Positions 12,497 through 25,060 of a stretch of DNA of 64,000 nt are shown one piece after another. The stretch is from Eledone cirrhosa. Lineage: Eukaryota. The stretch spans positions 2,232,001-2,296,000 of the forward strand of contig OZ024746.1 in the NCBI GenBank assembly GCA_964016885.1, in the 5' to 3' direction. Position numbers and translations under genes: made by a program. How positions within the stretch are numbered: the stretch's first letter is position 1; each line of letters opens with the position of its first letter. The notes beneath the pieces are model-generated. The model was not told the DNA's origin, searched no databases, and saw only the letters and a program-made list of their open reading frames with translations.

Positions 12497-12533
12497 CTGG
12501 AATATGGAAATTAATTTTATGACTCCATAATGT
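12497..12533 (-). CDS. NPRL2: NPRL2 exon 7
   Basis: (Q)HYGVIKLISIFQ; 37 nt; CAG/GTAAAT boundaries. Confidence 0.92.
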
Positions 12534-12615
12534 CTGTTTATGAGAAAGAAAGAAAAATAGTAAGGATGATTTCTAACACTGCATTATCATTCAAACCATA
12601 ACGTGTTCAATAATA

Positions 12616-13362
12616 CGAGGTATATTCAATAAGTAATGAGAAAATTTCAGGAGAGACATTTATTTTCATAAGCTTAATTTTGTCTCCTTCAAAATAATGA
12701 CCTCTCACATCTACACACTTGAGCAAGCATCTTCCCTATTCCTGGAAGACCTCCTCCCAGTCATTCTCCTGAGGTGTCATCAGGAAATTCACTGATGCCT
12801 CTTTCTGCTCCTGTGTTGACTCAAAGCTGTCTTTCATGTGTGGGAACAGAAGTCATAAGGAGCCAGGTTGGGGCTGTAGGGTGACTGTTGTACTACTTTC
12901 ATTCCCCTGTTGGTCATCCAAGTGGTCACCAGTATTGACATGTGGCATTGTCCTGATGGAACCACCACTCTCCACTGATGAGGTCTCTTCTTCCTCATCC
13001 TCTCCCTGAACCTTTTTTAACTCCTTATTGACGGCTTGGCCCCCAGGAACCAATCGCTCATCAATTCACCCCCATAGCCTTCCTCCAACATTCCAAAGGC
13101 TTCTTGTTTGGGTTTCTTAGGTTTAACACAAAATTTGATGATGTAACACTGCTTCATGTTTGCCTAAATCTTGCCACATGTTGACAGATTGGTGAATTGG
13201 ATCACACTGGTTCCACCATGTACACCGCTGTGCTCTAACTTTGGCAGATAGGAATTTGCTTAGTTAGTCCCTTTATACATTATACGAAGTAGCATTCTAA
13301 TTGAATGGATATTTAATACCTCTCCTGATGAAATGTTCTCATTACTTATTGAACATACCTTA
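12616..13362 (-). mobile_element. Internally deleted mariner (Tc1/mariner) element with both TIRs
   Basis: ~33-bp TIRs cgaggtatattcaataagtaatgagaaaatttc / gaaatgttctcattacttattgaacatacctta, flanked by TA. The minus strand encodes HQDNAT and SPYSPNLAPYDF (mariner YSPDLAP motif). Confidence 0.88.
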
Positions 13363-13924
13363 TATAAATTATTATTATAATAACTATATCAGAAAGTGGA
13401 AAAGTTATCAAAGTACAAGGTCCACAAAATAAAAATGGTACCAATCATAACAGGTGCACCAACAAGCTACACATACTTTATAATGAGCCAATGAGGAAAC
13501 CTATACATGGTTGGATAAGCTGCTAGAAATAACAACCAAATTCTCCTACAAATCATATGCTGCCATCTTAAAAAAGGATATGGGAGTCATGGGTTTCCTG
13601 CACAAACACAAAATTTGGGATGATCACAGCTGGAATACCTTTGACCAACTTGATCAGGATTAACCTGGGGCTAAGCAACAACAACCTACACCATAAGCCA
13701 TTGAGGGAGTTTCTACGTCGCTGTTCAATCTGTTAGAAAAAGCAGCCAGATTTTCCTGAAATCAAACCCTACCATCTTAAATAAGGAAAAAACATATTAG
13801 ATGACGTATTCCTAAAAAAGTCAGGATGGTCATGACAGGAATGCCTATAGCCATGGGTCTTCTCAATCAAGAGGAGGGTCCCTAAAGCCAAACAGTGGTA
13901 ATGACAACCCCTTACTTCATAGCT

Positions 13925-14296
13925 AGGCGCATGGCTTAGTGGTTAGAGCATTGGGCTTGCAATCAAAAGGTTGTGAGTTCAATTCTCAGACCGGGTGATG
14001 TGTTGTTTCCTTGAGCAAGACACTTTATTTCACGTTGCTCCAGTTTACTCAGCTGTAGAAATGAGATGATAGGGACTGGAGTCCCTATCATTAAATCATC
14101 CAAGACACCTCCAACGAGATATACCTTGGAGGCCAGCTAAACCTGCATAGGTGTGAGCTGTCACACACACACACACACACATAGGTGTGAGCTGTCACAC
14201 ACACACACACACATAGGTGTGAGCTGTCACACACACACATACATATGTGTGAGCTGTCACACACACACACATAGGTGTGAGCTGTCACACACACAC
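13925..14296 (+). mobile_element. CORE-type tRNA SINE, family B, with tandem ataggtgtgagctgt(ca)n tail
   Basis: A-box tggcttagtgg and B-box gagttcaattc. The centre ttgtttccttgagcaagacacttta...cagtttactcagctgtagaaatgag resembles the MIR CORE domain. Confidence 0.85.
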
Positions 14297-14424
14297 TTCA
14301 TAGTTAAGTGGTTAGTGTAAAACAAATTCTAAACTTTCCTAGCTCTAAAAATATGTAAATATCCAAGTTTGAACATTTTCTCAGGTTCTCCATATTAGCA
14401 TTGGAGAAAAATATAATTACTTAC

Positions 14425-14522
14425 TGTAAATTCTGGAGACAAGCTTTGACCAAGTTAATTTCAACATCAGCTTCAGTAGCAATGAAGGCAACATGGTTGA
14501 AACCATCAAGGTAAGGAAGAAT
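14425..14522 (-). CDS. NPRL2: NPRL2 exon 6
   Basis: [32 protein letters not shown]; 98 nt; TAG/GTAAGT boundaries. Confidence 0.96.
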
Positions 14523-15029
14523 CTAAACAAAAATTATTAGAACAAATAAGACAAATTACCAAACATAACTGAAGCATAACCTCTCCATAGACACTAAAAA
14601 TATATAGTATGCTTCTACCAAGAAGATATATCATCATCATGTTTAACATCTATTTTCATTGCTTGTACAGGTCAAATAAGCTATCATGTTATAAGGTTAG
14701 ACAGGTCAGGTGAACATATTTTGCTATTATGATCCTTTTTAACTTGCCTTTCAACGGCAGGACGCCCTTCCTAATGTCAACATTTCAGCATGTATTGGGA
14801 GATTTTTTCCAGACACCTACACCTTACAGAGTGAATTGGGTGTTTTTTTGTAGTGTCACCAGTGACCATCTTACAAGATGGACTGGGTGCATTTTTGTTG
14901 TGGCACCATAAAAATATAAGAATGGGTGACATTTGTCAGCAGGGAAAATGGACATTAAATGATGATGATGGTGAGCCAGATCAAATATCACATGGCATTT
15001 TGTCTGATGCTTTAGTGATTCTGCCAAAC

Positions 15030-17350
15030 GGCGGGATGGGGGAAGTAGAGAAGACTATCAAGTGGCCAGGAGGGAAGCTAGGAGACAAGTGTACTTCGCA
15101 AGAAGGGAAGCAGAGGAAAGAAAGTTCAAGCATGTTCTACAACGCGAGGACCAAAAACGTGAGGTGTTCAGGATTGCTAGGCAATGTGTCAAGGAAAACC
15201 GTGATATTGTCGGGGAGAAGTGTGTCCTTAATGATGATGGTGTACTTGCCATCACTGACGCTGATAAGAAGGTAGCTTGGAAGTGTCACTACGAAAGGCT
15301 ACTAAATGAGGAGAATAAATGGGAGAAAGACAGTCTCCCCCACATCGATCCAATAGAGGGACCAGCAGTGCTAGTTGAACGTAGTATAATAAGTAAGGCA
15401 ATCAAAGATATGAAGACGGGTAAGGCGGCTGGGCCTTCGGAAATAGTTGCTGAAATGCTGAAAGCATCTGGAACGGTGGAACACACTATGGTCACCCGGA
15501 TAGTAAACCAAGTCTTACAGAATGGGGCCGTTCCGAAGGACTTGCGTAGCAGCATCCTCATTAACTGCTACAAGGGTAAAGGAGATGCTCTTGATAGGGA
15601 TAACTATAGGGGCATTAAATTAATCGACCAGGTCATGAAGGTCACAGAAAAAGTACTAGCGCAACTAATCAGAGAGAGAATTGATCTAGATGAAATGCAG
15701 TTCGGGTTTGTGTCAGGTAAAAGTACCACAGACGCTCTTTTCATTGTACAACAACTACAGGAGAAGTACCTAGCTAAAAGTAAACCCCTAATTTAGCTTT
15801 TGTTGACTTGGAGAAAGCCTTTGACAGAGTCCTACGCCCCATTATCTGGTGGGCTCTCAGAAAACTAGGTGTTGATGAATGGCTTGTGAGAGCTATACAA
15901 GCCATGTATAAAGAAACAGTCAGCAAGGTTAGAATTAACAACGAATATAGTGAAGAGTTTAGCGTAAAAGTTGGTGTTCATCAGGGCTCCGTTCTTAGCC
16001 CCCTACTATTTATTATTGCCCTTCAGGCTATAACAGAGGAGTTCAAGACCGGCTGCCCATGGGAACTCCTATATGCAGATGATCTAACGCTCATAGCTGA
16101 ATCAATGGCTGAACTAGAGAAGAAATTCCAAACATGGAAGCATGGCCTAGAATCAAAAGGCCTTAAAGTTAACTTGTCTAAGACTAAAGTTCTAGTTTGT
16201 AGGAAGGAAAATAGGGCACCGGTCCCTTCTGGGAAATGGCCATGCTCAGTGTGTAGGAAAGGAGTAGGCAGAAACTCCATTTTATGTCCCAAATGCAAAG
16301 TATGGGTGCATAAAAGATGTAGTGGGATCACAGGTAAGCTAACTAAGAATATAGATTTTATATGTGGCCAGTGCTCTGGTGCAATAAGTAGCAGCAAGTG
16401 CCCACAGAATACTAGCTCATTTCATTGCACAGATGTTTCTATAGAAATAGTGGACACCTTCCGTTACCTGGGTGACAAAATCAGCAGTGGGGGAGGGTGC
16501 TCTGAAAGTACAGTAGCTAAAGTCAGAACGGGATGGAAAAAGTTCAGATACGCTTATACCACTATTGGCCGCTAAAGGGTTCTCTCTAAAAATGAAAGGC
16601 AGGCTGTATGATGCCTGCATACGAACAGCAATGTTACATGGCAGTGAGACCTGGGCATTGTGTGCAGAGGATATACGCAGACTGGAGAGAAACGAAGCTT
16701 GCATGCTCCGCTGGATGTGTAATAGTAATATACGTGAACGGCAAAGCATAAACGAACTAAGGGAGAAATTAGGAATAAGAGGGATCAGATGTTGTTTACT
16801 CGAGAGAAGACTACATTGGTATGGTCACGTGATGCGCATGAAAGACGACAGCTGTATAAAAAAGTGCAGGGCGATAAAAATAGACGGTAGCCACGGAGTA
16901 GGCAGACCCAGAAAAACCTGGGACGACTTGACAATGTCACTGGACCGAGCTCTTTGGCGCTACACAGTCATACAGAAGACCCGCCTTGCCTAAGTACAAA
17001 GCGAAACCTACAGTCAGTAGGCACCTCTAACAAAATACCCCCCTAAATGTAAAGTTATGTTGGTACCACAACATCCAGTCCGAAACAAATGAGGTCGTGT
17101 AGGTGTCACGACAAAAAAAACACACAGTCCACACTGTAATGTGGCCGTGTAGGTAACACGGTAAAAACCTCCCAGTCCACACTGTAAATGTGGTTGGTGT
17201 TAGGAAGGGCATCCAGCCGTAGAAAACCCGCCAGACAGTCCTATACGAGCAGGACAACCAATCTTGCCTCAAGTGGGAAAACTCCTGTCCAAACCCATGC
17301 AAGCGTGGAAGATGGACGTTAAACGATGATGATGATGATGATGATGATGA
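15030..17350 (+). mobile_element. 5'-truncated RTE LINE (RT region, frameshifted) in NPRL2 intron 5
   Basis: ORFs 15062-15796, 15808-16575 (LYADD) and 16565-16993; ~330 nt 3'UTR; (GAT)n tail. Confidence 0.95.
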
Positions 17351-17539
17351 AAGTCTTCAGAGGAACTCCAGTTATCAAAGAGACTGACATTTAATTCACC
17401 AATATTATCACTTCTGCCATTCAAGAGGAGATACAAGAAGATTATTGTTGTCCAAGTAAGGATTCAAAGGAGAAAATCTGCAAAAAACTTTAATTGTCTT
17501 CTTTTTTTATTTCCAAACAAATTATTGCTGGCATCTTAC

Positions 17540-17670
17540 CTGTTTTGTGGTGAGATCCCATTCAGAGATTGAACCGGAATCTTTGACTAGAATAGGCACA
17601 TCATGATCTGCAACTGCAGGGGGCATTGTAATTCGTGATGTGACTTTTAAATGTATTGTGGTTGATTTAC
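17540..17670 (-). CDS. NPRL2: NPRL2 exon 5
   Basis: KSTTIHLKVTSRITMPPAVADHDVPILVKDSGSISEWDLTTKQ; 131 nt; TAG/GTAAG boundaries. Confidence 0.95.
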
Positions 17671-18361
17671 CTATAAACATATAAAAGGATATCAATTTTA
17701 GAATTAACTTAAACCATCCTTGGGGCTGGGGACTGTTTTATATGTTTGGAGTGATTCTTATTGGAACAATGTTTTTAGAGTTGGATAATCTTCCTAATAG
17801 TAAGTATTCAGTTATGAAATAGAAGTGAAGAATTAGTGTGTAAGGTAAATATCTAACATATGAATTAGGGTCATCTATGATAAATGTCTTCTAAGCCAAG
17901 AAGGGGCTTCTGTGAGCTGGTTGTTTCTACTGTTGTTTAACCACAACACAGTTCTGATTGAGTAGACTTATGATTAAACGCATTCCAGAGTGACTATCCA
18001 ATCTTTTTCAGACATAGTGTATCCAGTAGTACATTTTCTGTGAATTCCTCTTTTTTTGAGGATGGGGTGTGATTTGAGGAAGATTTGGTAGCTATTTCCA
18101 ACAAATCAAGTGACCACATAAAGGCTCTCTCGTTGGCGAGCTTGTTCTTAACTTAGATTTCAGGGTGCAAAACAGATGAGTGATAACTCTTCCCCTGAAT
18201 AGGATGTTAGTCTATTGTAAGTAATATTGCCAGGTGATCTGGTACCTATACCAGAGAGTTCATGAACCAAACAAGGAATAAAGTTCACACAATGAGAATT
18301 CCTACAGCAGGCTTGAACTCCCAATCTAAAATGAAATATAACAATCTAGAGAAATACTCAC

Positions 18362-18470
18362 TCATTGGCACATGACACATTCCATGTGTATTTAAAGCTT
18401 GGAGAACATCTTTCATTAATTTTGGAATTTCTTTTCTTGATTCTTCATTTGATAAGTAACCACTTTCCAG
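18362..18470 (-). CDS. NPRL2: NPRL2 exon 4
   Basis: LESGYLSNEESRKEIPKLMKDVLQALNTHGMCHVPM; 109 nt; TAG/GTGAGT boundaries. Confidence 0.95.
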
Positions 18471-18537
18471 CTATGTAAAGAAATAAAATTACATTTATAA
18501 TTATAAATCAGAAAACCAAATAAATAACTGAATAAAT

Positions 18538-19040
18538 TTAACCCTTTTGATATTAACTTGTGTAGGTGAGTGGCCTAGTGGTAAGGGTGTTGGACTTACG
18601 ATCATGATGTCATGGGTTTGATTCCTGAGCTGGGTTGTGTGTTGTGTCCTTGAGCAAAACACTTTGCATCATGTTGTCCCAGTATACTCAGCTGAACATG
18701 AGTACCAGCAATAGCTGGGGGTTTAACTCTGTAATGGACTGGTGTCCTGTCCAGGGGGAGTCTTGTACTCTCAGTCGTTTCACACCATGAAACCAGGATA
18801 AGCACCAGCCTGATCAATCTTCTGGCTTGAGACAGACTTTAGACTGATATCAATAGGGTCAAAACTGCTTCTGGTTCTATGGAGCAAAGCCACCCATTTT
18901 AAAAGGTTTTATTTAAATGAATACCATCCAATATAATTTTATATAAGAACTTTTTGTTAAGTTACTACCTTAATAAGGAAATAAATAATTTTAGTAAATC
19001 CCTCAAAATTCCACAATAAAATATGGTAACTAAAAAGTAA
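18538..19040. mobile_element. TTAACCC-terminated MITE interrupted by a CORE-type SINE (SINE ~18563-18840, +)
   Basis: Starts ttaacccttttgatat, then SINE head tggcctagtggtaagg...ggtttgattcc. The MITE body resumes at tgatatcaa and resembles 41761-41990 and 12300-12480. Confidence 0.6.
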
Positions 19041-19607
19041 AAAAACAGACATTTACTATGATTTAAATATTTAGAAAATTAACAGAATCATTAGAATGTT
19101 AGACTACATGTCTTGTGGTATTAATTCCAACTTCTTGTTCTCAGTTCAAGTCCCACCAAGGAAAAGTTTGCCTTTCATCCTTCTGGAACAGTGGACTAGT
19201 GGAATCATTAGTGCTGGATGGGACACCAAGCCATATTTGTTCTGGCTTTTTATTTTCTGAGTTCAAATCCTGGCATGGCTAACTTGGATGGTAGATTTAA
19301 TCTGTTACCTGCCAAAATAATAAACAGTCAATTTCTTATCTTATGTAGTTTATCTCCAGCACCAGCACTAGGGAGGTTATCTTATCTTAGACACAACTGA
19401 AGAGTCCTCTTTACCCTTTGTTTGGCTAGTTTTCTAGGGCTGAATGCCCTTCCTATCACCAATCTCAGAGTGTACTGGGTGTGTTTTATTATGTCACCAG
19501 CACTAGAGAGGTTGTTGTGTCCTTGATACCATTAAAGAGTCCTCTCAACTAATTTGGTATTGCTTCAAAGAAACATTAATAACAAAATGTAGAATTTAAT
19601 ACTTTAC

Positions 19608-19776
19608 CTCTAATTGAGTCAAATAAGCAGAAAGTTTCTTAACAACAGGTTCGTAGTCAGTTGTGCATGTTTGTTGGTCAAAGACAAAACACAGATTGAA
19701 TATAAGGGCATTGCGGGCATATTTAGGACTATCAATATGAACTGGGTAACCAAGGATTTTGTGACCAAGTGCATTT
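19608..19776 (-). CDS. NPRL2: NPRL2 exon 3
   Basis: NALGHKILGYPVHIDSPKYARNALIFNLCFVFDQQTCTTDYEPVVKKLSAYLTQLE; 169 nt. Confidence 0.97.
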
Positions 19777-20747
19777 CTGAAATTGTAAAATATGAAAAAA
19801 TATATTTAAAACAAAGGAACAGGGATTGAGGAGTTCTAAAAAAACAAATAGGTTTCGACTGAATACGAGTAACAAAGAGGTGTAGATGGTATTGGACTAA
19901 TCACTACACATGATTCTAAATGTCTCAATCTGAGAAATGGTAGTCCAAGGTCTGTTTGATGAGAGATGACCTGGGGCTAAACAACAACATGTATTGTTTA
20001 CTGTTGGTCTTTCACAAAAACAAAACACTTTACCCAGGCTTGTGCCATGGAGATGAACTTTCCAGGTGATACCACATGGTTAGTCATGACTGAATGGGTC
20101 CCTCCTAATAAGAATAATAATGAGTATTACTTGCAGGCTCAATATAATGTCTAAAACAGAGTTGAACTAATATACTTTAGTTTAGTTGTCTCACAACAAT
20201 TTTCTTTTATTGTTTTACATCAAATTTTCAATGCCAGCTTGAATAAAATGAGTTCATCATCATTTTATGCCTGCTTTCCATGCTGGTATGTATTGGAAGG
20301 CTTATTATAGTCTCATACTAGACAGGTTGGAGAGACCACATCTTAGTCATATGTTCTATATTTAGCAAAGTTTCAACAGCTGATGCCCTTACTACCACCA
20401 ACAACTTCACAGAGTGTACAAGGTGCATTTTATTGTGGTACTAACACTACAGAGGTTGTCATATGATTGACCAGACTGAAGTGTCCTTTCTATTCTATAC
20501 TGTTTACATTTGATTATGGCACCAATGCTGTCTTGGTCTGTTTCACTGACAACAAACAAAATTCTGTGGCTCAGTGGTTCCACCTGCTGGATGCAGACAA
20601 TGTAGTTCTGTTCAATAGCACAACAGACCATACTGAATGTAGCAAGGTTTTAACTCATGTAGTTGATACTTTAAGCTCATTAAAAAACTTCAACAGAAAC
20701 CAAGTGTATCTATATGAAATTATTATTTATAGATATTTATTACTTAC

Positions 20748-20839
20748 ACTGTAATATCACGCTCAAATAACTCCTTTTTAGGGATGATGTAGATATGAAG
20801 AGCATCAAAAGTTTCTTTTTTTATCAGATCTTCTGGTAT
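20748..20839 (-). CDS. NPRL2: NPRL2 exon 2
   Basis: IPEDLIKKETFDALHIYIIPKKELFERDIT(V); 92 nt; CAG/GTAAGT boundaries. Confidence 0.95.
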
Positions 20840-21185
20840 CTGAAATAACAAACATCAAAATCTGTTATTTTTGTCATTAATATTGTCCAGCTCTGATCAG
20901 CAGACCCAACATATAGAGCACACAATCCAACAAAGCATTCAATTCTGTATTTCAAGCTATGGAATATTCTCCTAACACTTAGGAGTTAAAACATATTGTC
21001 CATCAATTTTAGAAAACTATAGGGAGTTTGTTTAAGAGTGATTTGGTTGCTAAATTGAGTAAGCCAATCAACTACATAAAAGCTCTTATATTCATTTGTT
21101 AATCAACCTTGTTAACCAAATAACAGATTTCTTTTTACTATGAAAAAACAAACAAACAAACAACAACTTATTTTTCCAGAAGAGT

Positions 21186-21458
21186 TGTGCAGTATAGTGA
21201 GTTAACTCCCAGTTCTTTTGGAGAGACATGTGCAGTATAGTGAGTTAACTCCCAGTTCTTTTGGAGAGACATGTGCAGTATAGTGAGTTAACTCCCAGTT
21301 CTTTTGGAGAGACAACATGTGCAGTATAGTGAGTTAACTCCCAGTTCTTTTGGAGAGACAACATGTGCAGTATAGTGAGTTAACTCCCAGTTCTTTTGGA
21401 GAGACAACATGTGCAGTATAGTGAGTTAACTCCCAGTTCTTTTGGAGAGACAACATGT
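21186..21458. repeat. 43/46-bp minisatellite, 6 units (tgtgcagtatagtgagttaactcccagttcttttggagaga(caa)ca)
   Basis: Unit starts at 21186, 21229, 21272, 21318 and onward. Confidence 0.95.
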
Positions 21459-21585
21459 AAAGTGAACAATGGCAGGATTTGAAACCATTATGTGAAAAGA
21501 GCATCCATCATCATTTAACAGTCATTCTCCCTGCTAGCAAGTATTTGACAGAATTCTGGTGGTTGTAGAGTGCAGAGTGTAAATA

Positions 21586-21911
21586 AGAGTAAGTAGGATG
21601 GAAGTCACTGTTGAAGCATATATATAAACTTTATTGGCATATTATAATCGTTTCAATATCGATCAACTCAGAATACAATCATAATGATCGCCTCTTCCTT
21701 GACATCTCCTCAGACATGCGAGTTTATTTGTGCAAAGACATTCAAATTGTGTCTTTGCACGTATAAACTCGCATATCTGATGAGATGTCGAGGAAGAGGC
21801 AGGTCTCGGTCATTATGATTGTAGCTTGAGCTGATCGATATTGAAACGATTCTAATATGTCAATAAAATTTATATATATGCTGCAACAGTGTCTTTGACC
21901 CTATTTACTTA
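21586..21911. mobile_element. Fold-back (inverted) Penelope-like pLTR remnant with a hammerhead motif in each arm
   Basis: ~150-bp imperfect arms around a 9-nt loop (21741-21749). CTGATGA...GAAA on + (21771-21860) and CTGAGGA...GAAA on - (21637-21719). Confidence 0.7.
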
Positions 21912-22401
21912 TATATATATATATACATTTGAGCTTTGTATATATTGTTTACCTTTGCTATATATATATATAACATTGTTTAAGAAATACCGTTTTTTTA
22001 TGGTAGTAGATTTATAATCAAACTTAAACTTAATTAAACTATAATATTACCCATGTATTGAATCAACGAGGCAGCTTCTATGCAGTCGCTCGATCTGTCC
22101 AAAATAGCAACCAAATCCCTCTCAAATCACGCCCTACCTTAAAAAAAGAAAGACACATTGAATAATGTAGTCTCTCGTATACAAAAAGATGGGATAGTCT
22201 CGACTGGAGCGCTTTTGGTTATAGGACTGACTTATGGCTAAACAACAACAAAAGCAAACTCGCTTTCAGGTTCAGAAACTAGATTTCGTTTCCTCGTAAT
22301 AACAATCTCACTTCTTTTAGGTTACTGATAAGTTTAAGTTACGAACATAACAGTCTCCCCATCTGTCATTATATATATATCCTTGTGCCAATAGTAGAAA
22401 C

Positions 22402-22459
<58 letters not shown>

Positions 22460-22771
22460 CGATATATACAAGATATTATACCTATGTTAGAGACCAATAT
22501 TCTAAGGTTAAGGTTCACATATCTCGTAATTCTACAAAAATACCAATTAAAGATGATTTGTTTACTTATAATAACACTTCTGAAAGATTTTAAATGAAAT
22601 ATTTCAACTAAACTTCCATTTCATCGAAATTAAGCAGTCACGACTTTATAAACGAGGAGAATAAAAAAACATGTTTCGAAAACACGAATGAAAATATTTC
22701 AGTGTATTGTATTAATTCAGCATAGAATATGAAGGAATCTAAATTTAAGCCATAACGTTGATCGTACCAAC

Positions 22772-22849
22772 CTGATAAGCTATGATTGGTCCCTGGGTCG
22801 GATGGAATTCACAAAAGAAAATCCCTCTAATTTGGTTCGCAGTGGACAT
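22772..22849 (-). CDS. NPRL2: NPRL2 exon 1 (start codon)
   Basis: MSTANQIRGIFFCEFHPTQGPIIAYQ followed by a GT donor; NPR2 longin-domain signature FFxEFHPTxGP. Confidence 0.96.
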
Positions 22850-23414
22850 GATTCCTTAGTCGGTAGTAAACACATGAACATTTAGAAGTAGACGACATTT
22901 AATGATGAAACGGTGAAGACCAAAGAATATCAACTGGGCACTTACATGTTTATCTCCCTTGAACAAAACATTATTAAATTATTGTTTTATTATGAAAGAG
23001 AAAGTATTTGATTTAGTCCCATCCCTCTACACACCCTAAGAGGAAATAACATACGTGACATCTTCAATAAAATAAGTATTATCCATATAATATACAGTTT
23101 ATTACCTAAATTACTCCTCTAAAAAAACCGTTGCTCGTGTTTTTATGGTGCTTTGGTGAAAAATTACTTGATGACAATTTAAAACGGAGAGAAATTGTGG
23201 AAGCCTTAGAGGAGGAATGTAAGGTAGGTTTGAGAGAATCAGTGTTCCACAACCAACTCTAGTCACCATCAGATTGTCAAGTGGGAAAAATATACATAAA
23301 ATAATACAAAAGAATGAAAAATTGAAAAAAAAAAAAAATCCGCAAAGAAAGAAAAAAAAAATAGCGAAAGGGAAAAAGGGGGACGAAGTAACAGACTCTA
23401 AGCCCAAGTTTCTG

Positions 23415-23920
23415 CTCCTTGTGGACAAAATGGCGAAGACATTGCCACAACCAGCGACACCCATTGCATCAGCCATACTAGCCCACAGTGTTCCCCCTAA
23501 GTTTGGATGCACTCCTCCTGATCTTGCTGGGGAAAATAGCTGTTCAGGAACCGAAGAACTTCAAAGTCTCGATGAAGAACAGCACGAAACGGAAGTGGGT
23601 GGTTATGTCCTTCTATTTAGCTGTCTTCCTCTCTTCTGCGTTATGGGTGGTGGTGGTGACCAGATTTGTAGGCGAAGTAACGATGTTGGAGGCAGAGAAT
23701 GTGACGCAACATGTGACATCCCAGATTAGAGATTTACCTCCCTCGAATAAGATGAGGGTTATCCCATCAGGGCGCTTACTATCACCATGGTCAGGACAAA
23801 CAGGGTTCAGTTGTGACAGGAAACCAGCTGTGCCCAGGCTCTTCTGATGACGTCGTTCCAGGCAACATGTCGAGGTGAAACCAACCTGCACCTTCGCAGT
23901 TCACTATACTGCACTATTAT
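23415..23920 (-). mobile_element. 3' fragment of an RLE-type (CRE-like) non-LTR retrotransposon
   Basis: KRPDGITLILFEGGKSLIWDVTC...AEERK (RPD...WD restriction-like endonuclease), then frameshifted GNVFAILST resembling the RGNAASILGT C-terminus. Confidence 0.75.
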
Positions 23921-23964
23921 TTCCAAATTATTCAAGGAATTCACAGAAGGCAACATGTTTTGCA

Positions 23965-24345
23965 GGAAAAGTTTATAGGCTGACTATGAAGGAGTGATGC
24001 TAGAGCTGTGAAATCTTGCATGCATTAATTTCAACATTTATTAATAACTGCATTGTTTCTTTCTAGATAAACTGACATCTAACTGCTCAAAGAAGACTTA
24101 AAAATAACTAGTAGCGACTTCTCTTGAAAATGGACAGAATTTGGCATTGTGATGTTATCAAGTACTCGCAGAAAAGGGTTTAGCCCCAAGGACATTCATG
24201 ATGACATGGTTGCTACAGGAGGGGATGATGCTCCATTTTTCCAACTGCAAAAATGGGCAGCTGAATTTAGGAAGGGAAGGGAGAGTCTGGAAGATGACAA
24301 GGTTTGGACGTCCTACACCTGCCACCACTGAGAAAAATATGTTGA
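23965..24345 (+). mobile_element. 5' fragment of a mariner element (left end + transposase HTH N-terminus)
   Basis: ATG at 24130 gives MDRIWHCDVIKY, then frameshifted PKDIHDDMVAT, QKWAAEFRKGRESLEDD and GRPTPATTEKN. Confidence 0.85.
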
Positions 24346-24871
24346 TGGCTGTACAAAATTCTACTCGCGAATGTGTGAAAAACAAGCATATTTAGAAAAT
24401 AAACCACTAAACTCAGTGATTTAAAAAACAATAATTCAGCACTACAAACAAAAAAATAATTAACCCCCCCCCCCCCCCCAACACTCTTCAATCTCAGTGT
24501 TGCCACTGCTTACAGTTGAGAGTAGAATTCTTTGATCATGGACATACGGAATGTTAGCGACTGGCATTAAATTGACTCAGTTTCCCGTCTCTCTCTTAGA
24601 TACTGAAATATGTAACAAATACTATATAAGTATTATAACACACAAGAATATTCGGTTTCATATGTTTTAGAAATGGTAGCTAAAAGAAAGTAGTTGATCA
24701 AAGGTAACTAATATGGACCGTAAACAAAAAACAACACTTTATTCTTTATTTAATAAAACATTTTGAACTTCAAATTTTTTTTTATAATTTTCGTTTTTAA
24801 AATCTAAAATTAATGTTGGAGATATAAAAATAATAATAAATACTATGAGTTTTTGTTTTAAATAGAAAGTA

Positions 24872-25060
24872 ATAATAATTGTTTCTACTTTTGGCACAAG
24901 GCCAGCAATTACCAGTGCATTACTGGTACTTTATTTTATCGACCCTGTAAGGATGAAATCAAAGTTAACCTCGGTGGAATTTGAACTCAGAATGGAAAGG
25001 GCCGTAACTCTATGCTACAAAGCATGGTGTCCGACCCTCTACCGATACTGCCAATCTTCC
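24872..25060 (-). mobile_element. SINE family A
   Basis: Reverse complement of the 1461-1667 / 52758-52945 consensus. Confidence 0.85.

Larger units (their letters stand above)
8358..22849 (-). other. NPRL2: NPRL2 gene span (GATOR1 complex subunit, 11 coding exons, 1149 nt CDS, 382 aa)
   Basis: Exons of 78, 92, 169, 109, 131, 98, 37, 94, 118, 155 and 68 nt join in frame with GT-AG introns. The protein is collinear with NPRL2 from IFFCEFHPTQGP to HSYDEIC. Confidence 0.97.

Noticed and set aside
13925-14000. SINE heads as genuine tRNA genes (also 57085, 18563, 52758)
   Set aside because: A/B boxes are present but the acceptor stems are incomplete and they continue into SINE bodies.
23274-23847. 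Plus-strand ORFs of 151 and 119 aa as a host gene
   Set aside because: Antisense to the CRE-like endonuclease remnant plus poly-A tracts; no recognisable domain.
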